Origin: Acidobacteriota bacterium
GTDB taxonomy: Bacteria; Acidobacteriota; Vicinamibacteria; Vicinamibacterales; 2-12-FULL-66-21
Length of the DNA: 64,000 nt
Direction: 5' to 3'
Assembly (NCBI GenBank): GCA_031361295.1
Contig: JANMCN010000276.1
Location: 771-64,770 of the forward strand
This document shows, piece by piece, positions 53,174-59,736 of the stretch. Under the pieces are notes generated by a model that worked only from the letters and a program-made list of their open reading frames with translations, ran no database searches and had not been told where the DNA came from. The stretch's first letter is position 1; the number at the start of each line of letters is the position of its first letter. Made by a program: the position numbers and the translations under genes.

Positions 53174-54194
53174 CCCCTTCCGCGCGGCGCGATGGCTGGC
53201 ACCGTTGATCGGGATTGCGGCGATCGCGGTGGCGACGCCGGCGGGCGCCGAGTCGCGACTGTGGCTGGCGAGCCTGAACTACGAGTCCACACAGCTGGTT
53301 GTTCCCGTGATCGCACTCCATTCGAGCGATGACCGCGGCGTCGAGTGGAACATGTGGGTCACCGGCTGGACGCTTGGGGCCGACCGCAGTGTCGCCCGCA
53401 CCGCACGCAGCCGATGGCGCGTGCTGGCGCGCGTCACACCCGTCAACGCGCACGCGAGCAACTATGTTTACGTGGACGGCCGGCGCAGCCCGGCCGCATC
53501 GTACAGCGCGGCATCGATCGATCTCGGCGGCGGCCTCGAGGTCGCCCACACGCAGCGATGGACGGGTATCTATCGCGGCATTGCCCTTTATGAACGCGTC
53601 GGAAGGAGCCAGAGCGCCGACATCCGGCACTTCTGGGACCGTCCGTTCGTCGGCGCGGAAACGTCGCAGAGCTACGCGCGCATCCGGTCGGAGACGCTGT
53701 TCGGAATGCGGTGGGACGGCCTCAAGGCCGACGTGTCCGCGCAGATCTATACCGGTACTCGAACGTGGTCGCGGGTCCGCGCCGCGGCCGGAGCCGGACG
53801 ACGCGCCGGACCGCTGTTCGTATCCGGGCGGACGGCAGTGTTCACTGGGCAGTCGCTGAACACGGTCAACGCATTCCTGACCGGTGGATCGTGGGATCTC
53901 GCGACGCCCGATCTGCTCGCGGGGTATCGCTATGCCGAGTTCCGCGTCAGTCGCGCGGCAACGATTGGGGCCGGGCTCGACCTGCGGATCCATGGCGCCT
54001 GGGAAGTTGGCGTCCGCAGCGCGTACCTCAGGTCGCCGCGCCTCGATCGCCGCGGCACAGCCGTCCAGGTGATGACGGTCTGGAGAGGCGCGGTGGTCAA
54101 TGCGGGCGTCGCGATGCCGCAGGTCGCAGCCGCACGTGCCCGCGGCCACGCGGTGCTGTTCGCCACGATCACTGCCGCCGTCATCAAGCGATAA
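53163..54194 (+). CDS. hypothetical secreted protein, beta-rich (possible outer-membrane barrel)
   Basis: The signal peptide is 'WLAPLIGIAAIAVATPAGA'. The protein has no cysteine and shows alternating hydrophobic beta-strand-like patterns rich in Y, R, G and W. Its start overlaps the GMC gene 3' end by 11 nt. Confidence 0.5.
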   Translation: MNADPFRAARWLAPLIGIAAIAVATPAGAESRLWLASLNYESTQLVVPVIALHSSDDRGVEWNMWVTGWTLGADRSVARTARSRWRVLARVTPVNAHASNYVYVDGRRSPAASYSAASIDLGGGLEVAHTQRWTGIYRGIALYERVGRSQSADIRHFWDRPFVGAETSQSYARIRSETLFGMRWDGLKADVSAQIYTGTRTWSRVRAAAGAGRRAGPLFVSGRTAVFTGQSLNTVNAFLTGGSWDLATPDLLAGYRYAEFRVSRAATIGAGLDLRIHGAWEVGVRSAYLRSPRLDRRGTAVQVMTVWRGAVVNAGVAMPQVAAARARGHAVLFATITAAVIKR

Positions 54195-54251
54195 GAGGTC
54201 TTCCGCCTTCGTGGTCACACGACGTGACGCGACGGCGGGTGAACCGGCGGG

Positions 54252-55022
54252 TCAGGCGGAAGATCGGCGCCCTGCACCGCTGGCACTCACCGTCGCGAGG
54301 AGGAAGGAGATCTCCTCATCGATCTCGGCGGGATCCTCGACGGTGTGGCGAATCTCCTCGCGCAACAGTTCGCGAAAGCGCCGACGCAGCCGGTGGATCG
54401 CCACTCTGACCGCCCCTTCGGACATGCCCAGCGCCGCCGCTATTTCCCGGCCGTTGAGCTCGTTCTCGTCGCCGGTCACGGAATCCTTGAGATGTTCGAA
54501 CATCGCGCCCTTGCCGGCGCGGACGAACACACCGCGAAGACGCACCTGCACGCGTTCGACCAGCGTCTGCGCCCACCGTCGCTCGAACAGCGATTCGGGC
54601 GTCGCATCGTCACGCGGCTCGAGCGCGTAGAGACGTTCGCCGCTCGAGACGTCGAATGCCGCGATCGGCACCCCGCCGCCGCGCTTGGCGGCGCGCGCGC
54701 GGTCATACTCGTTCACCACGAAATGCTTGAAGGCGGTCAGCAGGAATGACCGGAATTTGCCGCGCTCGGCGCGCGCGTGGCGCAGAGAGTTTTTCTCGAG
54801 CAGCCGCACGAAAAAGGCCTGGACGAGATCTTCCGCCTGGTCTCCGGGGTATCCGTTCCGGCGGACGTACGCGTACAGCGGATACCAGTACTGCTGGCAC
54901 AGCGTCGCCAGCGCTTCCTGTGAGACGGGGGTGTCGGGTCCACCAGCGGCCAGCACCAGGCTCCAGTGCGTGGTCGCAAACCGCCCCCGGCCGCCCGGGG
55001 CCACCTGACCTTCCTTTGCCAC
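54252..55022 (-). CDS. ECF-type RNA polymerase sigma factor (planctomycete/acidobacterial 'TTHWS' type)
   Basis: GTG start. The N-terminus contains 'FATTHWSLVLAAG'. Region 2 reads 'YWYPLYAYVRRNGYPGDQAEDLVQAFF'. Region 4 reads 'GREIAAALGMSEGAVRVAIHRLRRRF'. Confidence 0.88.
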   Translation of the reverse strand: MAKEGQVAPGGRGRFATTHWSLVLAAGGPDTPVSQEALATLCQQYWYPLYAYVRRNGYPGDQAEDLVQAFFVRLLEKNSLRHARAERGKFRSFLLTAFKHFVVNEYDRARAAKRGGGVPIAAFDVSSGERLYALEPRDDATPESLFERRWAQTLVERVQVRLRGVFVRAGKGAMFEHLKDSVTGDENELNGREIAAALGMSEGAVRVAIHRLRRRFRELLREEIRHTVEDPAEIDEEISFLLATVSASGAGRRSSA

Positions 55023-55212
55023 GACATTTCACCTTTGTGTGCAGCTCCAGGGCCGCGTAACATTCCCGTCCACACCCTGTAGTCATTCACGAGCCTCGCA
55101 TTCAATGCGCGGCACGTCAACCAGACGCCCTGTTCCTGGCCGGGAGCTTCGCGAGGGGTCGTCCGTTCGTCGCGGCCCGCTACACGTTCCGCTTCGAGAA
55201 CACAATTGAGGA

Positions 55213-55827
55213 ATGCGGCTGCCGAAGGGCGGTCGCGCGGCACCGCATATGAACACACAAAACATTCTCGCAACGTTTGTCGTGTCGAGTCTGCTGGCGG
55301 CGCTTTCGGGCTGCGTGGAACTGCTTTCTCCCATCAATACCCCTGAAGACCTGATTTTCGACGAGGCGGTCCTCGGCGTCTGGTCGGAAAAAGAGTCCAG
55401 GGAGACGTGGGTCTTTACCCGAGCCGGCAAGGACGTGTACAGGCTGGTCTGCACTGACGAGGACGGCAGGTCGGGGAACTTCGTCGCGCACCTCGCGAGA
55501 ATTCAGGGGCAGCTGTTCCTGGACGTGTTTCCGGAGCAGCTCTCCCTTCCTCAGAGCGCCTACTACACGGACCGTTTTCGACCAACCCACACCATCGCGT
55601 GGGTGGCGCAAATTCAGCCCCTGGCACGCGTGTCGTTCCTGGAAGAGACCTGGCTTACCGATTTCCTCCAGAAGAATCCCGGTGCCATCCCGCATGCAGA
55701 CGTCGACGGAAGGACCGTGCTGACGGCCACGCCGCGGGAGATGCAGAACTTCCTGGTCGCACATCTCAAGACACCGGGAGCCTTCGGCCTACCCATCGAG
55801 TTCGAACGCAGGACCGACAGGCGCTGA
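55213..55827 (+). CDS. hypothetical lipoprotein
   Basis: The lipobox is 'VVSSLLAALSGC'. An alternative start is ATG 55249. The gene is divergent from the ECF sigma gene. I recognise no motifs. Confidence 0.6.
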   Translation: MRLPKGGRAAPHMNTQNILATFVVSSLLAALSGCVELLSPINTPEDLIFDEAVLGVWSEKESRETWVFTRAGKDVYRLVCTDEDGRSGNFVAHLARIQGQLFLDVFPEQLSLPQSAYYTDRFRPTHTIAWVAQIQPLARVSFLEETWLTDFLQKNPGAIPHADVDGRTVLTATPREMQNFLVAHLKTPGAFGLPIEFERRTDRR

Positions 55828-55981
55828 AGGGCTGTGTGCGCGCATGGACACGGGTTTGTAAAGCCCGCGAACGATTCCCTGGGTGACCTCGGGTCGATAT
55901 CCCGGGCGCAAACGATCGGCACGCAATTAGTCATGGGGAGTCGGAAGCGGGCCCGGTCACTCGCAGAAACAGGTATTCGCC

Positions 55982-56545
55982 ATGATACTCAGATGCCTCG
56001 CGCTCATCGGGAGTGTTTTGGCTTCAACGACGGCTTCAGCCCAGACAGGCCAGGATTTTGGCGCACTCGCGGCCACACGGACGGCGATCGAAGTCGTCGC
56101 CGACACGGGGAAGGCCACTACGGGACGGCTGCTTCGAATCGACGCCGATTCCCTCACACTGGCGAGGGATCACCACGAGATCACATTCGATCGGAAGCAC
56201 GTCGCGAAGATCTATCAGCGGGGGGACTCTTTGAAGAATGGGATGTTGATAGGCCTCGGCGTCGGCGCGGCCTGGGGGATCGCCGCCGGTGCCACGGCCG
56301 AGTGCGATGGATTTTTTGGAGCGCCAAGCCGGCCCTGCGTAGCGAGTACTAAACAAATTTTAGCGGGCATTTGGGGGGGCACAATGGGAGCCTTGGGCCT
56401 GGGCGTGGGCGCGGGAATCGATGCCTTGTTTAGCGGGCGACGCCTCCTCTATGAGAGCGTGCGTCACGACGACGCTGCGTCGATCTTCATCGCTCCGCGC
56501 GTTTTGAGCTCCGGCACTGGTCTACTGGTGACGGTGGCGTGGTGA
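55982..56545 (+). CDS. secreted hypothetical protein with glycine-zipper C-terminal half
   Basis: The signal peptide is 'MILRCLALIGSVLASTTASA'. Glycine zippers are 'GLGVGAAWGIAAGA' and 'GGTMGALGLGVGAGIDA'. Confidence 0.6.
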   Translation: MILRCLALIGSVLASTTASAQTGQDFGALAATRTAIEVVADTGKATTGRLLRIDADSLTLARDHHEITFDRKHVAKIYQRGDSLKNGMLIGLGVGAAWGIAAGATAECDGFFGAPSRPCVASTKQILAGIWGGTMGALGLGVGAGIDALFSGRRLLYESVRHDDAASIFIAPRVLSSGTGLLVTVAW

Positions 56546-56757
56546 CTCGACCCGTTCAGGTCACGGCGCCTGTTTGATCGAACACCGGTGCCCGGGCTGC
56601 GCGGTCCTGCCGTATTTAGCACAGCGATGGACGCCCTTCGCTAGAGCTTCCGCGGCGTCCGCCGCCCTTTGTTTCCCCGGCCCGGCTTAGTATGCTCGTG
56701 CTTTCGGGCGTCCGGCTCCTCTGCCGCGACGCGAGAAACGGGTAGCACGAGGAGCGC

Positions 56758-57333
56758 ATGGCCAGCCTGATCGAAGCAATCTCCATCAAGCGGAAGATGT
56801 TCTTCGAGTTCGAGAACGCGCCGTATCACTGCATCGACGTGGACGTGTCGAAGCCGACGGCCCGCGGCGGGCAGACGCTCGTGCGCGTCAAGATGCGCAA
56901 CCTGCTGACGCGCGCGGTCTTCGACAAGACCTTCAAGGCCGGGGAGAAGTTCAAGGAGCCGGACCTGGTCATGGTGCCCGCGACCTTCCTCTACTCGGAC
57001 GGCCAGGGTTTCAACTTCATGGATCAGGACAACTATGAAACGCTGACGCTCGGCGAGGATATGGTCGGCGACGACGCGCAGTTGCTCATGGACAATGTGG
57101 CCGTGCAGATCCACAAATACAATGGCAACCCGATCGGCCTGCAGCTGCCCTCGATCGTCGAGCTCGCGGTCAAGTACACGGAGCCGGGCACGCGCGGGGA
57201 CACGGCCAGTGGCAGCGTGACGAAGGCCGCGACGCTCGAGACGGGACTCGAAATCCGCGTACCTCTCTTCATCAAGGAGGGAGAAAAGGTCAAGGTCCAC
57301 ACGGAGACGCGCGAATTCGCCGGGCGCGCGTAG
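56758..57333 (+). CDS. efpL: elongation factor P-like protein (YeiP/EfpL type)
   Basis: 191 aa with a GGAG RBS. The loop 'DVSKPTARGGQTLVRVKMRNL' matches the E. coli YeiP 'QSPTARGAATLYKMRF' pattern rather than the EF-P 'KPGKGQA' pattern. The C-terminus is 'LETGLEIRVPLFIKEGEKVKVHTE'. Confidence 0.8.
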   Translation: MASLIEAISIKRKMFFEFENAPYHCIDVDVSKPTARGGQTLVRVKMRNLLTRAVFDKTFKAGEKFKEPDLVMVPATFLYSDGQGFNFMDQDNYETLTLGEDMVGDDAQLLMDNVAVQIHKYNGNPIGLQLPSIVELAVKYTEPGTRGDTASGSVTKAATLETGLEIRVPLFIKEGEKVKVHTETREFAGRA

Positions 57334-57421
57334 CGCGCGCGTTGACAGCCGGTCTGTGCAGGCGGTACAAGACAGTCGCGACTGGCCGCGGCGGCGGCGC
57401 TCGACCGCACGGCAGACCGAG

Positions 57422-58549
57422 GTGGCATTGAAGACAACCCGGCGCGCGTTTCTGAATTCATCACTCGCCGGAGCCGCGGCCCTGGCGTGGGCGCGACCCG
57501 CGGCTTCCCAGCCCCCGCTCCCGGCCCTGGCCCCTTCCCGCATCCGGTTTGCGGCGGTCGGGCTCAACCACGCCCACATCAACAGCCAGGTGGAGACGGT
57601 CGTTCGCGCGGGTGGCCAGCTCGTCGCCTTCTTCGCACGGGAACCCGAACTCGCGGCGGCCTTCGGCACACGCTTCCCGGGCGCCCGGCTCGCCCGCAGT
57701 GAGCAGGAGATTCTCGACGATCCCGCCATCCAGCTTGTCGTGAGCGCCGCCATCCCGAACGAGCGCGCGCCGCTCGGCGTCCGCGTGATGCGCCACGGCA
57801 AGGACTTCATGACCGACAAGCCGGGCGCCACCACGCTCGCCCAGCTTGCTGAGGCGCGACGCGTCCAGGCCGAGACGAGGCGGATGTATTCCGTGCTCAT
57901 CGAGCGGCACGAGAGCCAGGTGATCAACAAGGCCGGCGAACTCGTGAAGGCCGGCGCGATCGGCCGCGTGCTCCAGACGATCGGCCTGGCGCCGCACCGG
58001 ATGACGCCGGACAGCCGCCCCGCCTGGTTCTTCAGGCGTGAGCAGTACGGTGGCGTCCTCTGCGATCTCGCGTCGCACAATCTCGATGCCTATCTCTACT
58101 TCACCGGGTCCACCCACGCCGAGATCGTCGCGTCACAGGTCGGCAACCTGAACCATCCGACATACCCTGAGCTCGAGGATTTCGGAGACGTCATGCTCAG
58201 GGGCAACGGGGGGACCGGCTACATCCGCGTCGACTGGTTCACGCCCGGCGGGATCGAGACGTACGGCGACAGCCGGCTGACGATCCTCGGAACCGACGGC
58301 TACATGGAGCTCCGCAAGAACGTCGACATCGGAGGACGTCCCGGCGCAGGCCACCTGTTCCTGGTGGACCAGAAGCAGACACGCTACGTGGACTGCGGCG
58401 GCGTGAAGCTCCTCTACGGCGAGCGGCTCGTGGACGACGTGCTCAATCGGACGGAGACGGCAAGCGCCCAGGCGGAGACATTCCTCGCGATGGAGCTCGC
58501 GCTGCAGGCGGAGCAGCAGGCGCAGCGTGTGACGTCGCCCACGGTGTGA
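57422..58549 (+). CDS. Tat-exported Gfo/Idh/MocA family oxidoreductase
   Basis: The twin-arginine signal is 'TTRRAFLNSSLAGAAALAWARPAAS'. The Rossmann start is 'IRFAAVGLNHAHI'. GTG 57422 is preferred over GTG 57356 because it gives a normal Tat n-region. Confidence 0.75.
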   Translation: MALKTTRRAFLNSSLAGAAALAWARPAASQPPLPALAPSRIRFAAVGLNHAHINSQVETVVRAGGQLVAFFAREPELAAAFGTRFPGARLARSEQEILDDPAIQLVVSAAIPNERAPLGVRVMRHGKDFMTDKPGATTLAQLAEARRVQAETRRMYSVLIERHESQVINKAGELVKAGAIGRVLQTIGLAPHRMTPDSRPAWFFRREQYGGVLCDLASHNLDAYLYFTGSTHAEIVASQVGNLNHPTYPELEDFGDVMLRGNGGTGYIRVDWFTPGGIETYGDSRLTILGTDGYMELRKNVDIGGRPGAGHLFLVDQKQTRYVDCGGVKLLYGERLVDDVLNRTETASAQAETFLAMELALQAEQQAQRVTSPTV

Positions 58550-58690
58550 CGGAATTCGGCAGATACTCCAGCAGCCCGCATGCTGCGCCCCGCGCTTCGG
58601 ATCAGGCGCTGGGCGGCAGCCCGTGCCTGGCGTTTCCCTCAGCGACGCGCCGCCAGTGCGGACGCGCCGTCAATTTCAACGGAGGACTGA

Positions 58691-59584
58691 ATGGCAGCTA
58701 TCAGCAGGCGCGAATTCTTGAGGCAGGCGGGGGCGGACGCGGCGGTTGCGGGGCTCGTGGCATCCGGAGCGGTCACGCTGGCCGCGAATCCGCTCGGACT
58801 GCCGATCGGCAGCCAGATATGGCCGCACCGTGCGCAGCTGAAGGACTTCCCCGCCATCGTCAAGACGATGGCGGACCTGGGCGTCACTCGACTCGAGCTC
58901 TGCTCGCCGATCGGGTACGGCGCCCAGTTCGCGTCGCTCGCCAACGGCAAGGAGGTGAAGAAGATCCTCGCCGATCACGGCGTCAATGCCGAGAGTTCCC
59001 ACTTCACCATGGCAGAGTTGCGGAAGAAGCACGCCGAGAGCATTGCGTGGGCGAAGGACGTGGGCATCACGCAGATGATCACGGCAAGCCTCGGCGACGG
59101 CAACGGCGGGGCGCATCCGACGATGGACCAGGTCAAGAAGGCCGCGGACGAATACAACCGGATCGCGGCGGAGACCGCGAAGGCCGGCCTCCAGCAGGGG
59201 CTCCATAACGAAGACTTCGAGGCCTCGATGGTTGACGGCAAGCGTACTTATGACCTGCTGTTCGACCTGCTCGATCCGAAGCTGGTGAAGTTCCAGTTCC
59301 AGATGTCCGAGATCACCAACGGGCTCGTCGCCACCGACTACTTCACGAAGTATCCTGGCCGGTTCTTCTCGATGCACGTCCAGGATGTGGACCTGAAGAC
59401 GAAGTCGCCGGCGGCCGCCGGTGGGGTCGCGCGGCCCGTCCAGGTGCCGGTCGGGAAGGGCAGCATCGACTGGGTGAAGACGTTCCAGGCCGCCAGGGTC
59501 GGCGGCGTGCAGAACTACTTCGTCGAGCAGAGCATGGATCTCACCCGCGAAAGTGTCGCGGCTTTGAAGGCGATGACGAGCTGA
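58691..59584 (+). CDS. Tat-exported sugar phosphate isomerase/epimerase family protein (xylose-isomerase-like TIM barrel)
   Basis: The twin-arginine signal is 'ISRREFLRQAGADAAVAG'. 'LGVTRLELCSP', 'GLHNEDFE' and 'YFVEQS' fit the AP-endonuclease-2/xylose-isomerase-like barrel pattern. Confidence 0.7.
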   Translation: MAAISRREFLRQAGADAAVAGLVASGAVTLAANPLGLPIGSQIWPHRAQLKDFPAIVKTMADLGVTRLELCSPIGYGAQFASLANGKEVKKILADHGVNAESSHFTMAELRKKHAESIAWAKDVGITQMITASLGDGNGGAHPTMDQVKKAADEYNRIAAETAKAGLQQGLHNEDFEASMVDGKRTYDLLFDLLDPKLVKFQFQMSEITNGLVATDYFTKYPGRFFSMHVQDVDLKTKSPAAAGGVARPVQVPVGKGSIDWVKTFQAARVGGVQNYFVEQSMDLTRESVAALKAMTS

Positions 59585-59736
59585 ACGAGACCGGGAAAGG
59601 GGCAATCCGTATCGTCGGTACGAGAATACCTTTTCAGACATTTACGCGACCGCACCGCGGTGTGGACCGCCCGCGTGAAGATCACGCCGTCGGGATGACG
59701 CGAAGAGCGACGGTAAATTTGACTGGAGGTCTACCC

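Noticed and set aside
56652-56679. GCGGC-gtcc-GCCGC hairpin followed by CCTTTGTTT as the terminator of the glycine-zipper protein gene.
   Set aside because: The stem is only 5 bp and lies 107 nt past the stop. It is plausible but below my threshold for a feature.
57342-57371. Sigma70 promoter TTGACA-N18-TACAAG between efpL and the Gfo/Idh/MocA gene.
   Set aside because: The -35 is perfect, but the -10 lacks the conserved final T and is a poor match. This is not enough support to list it as a feature.
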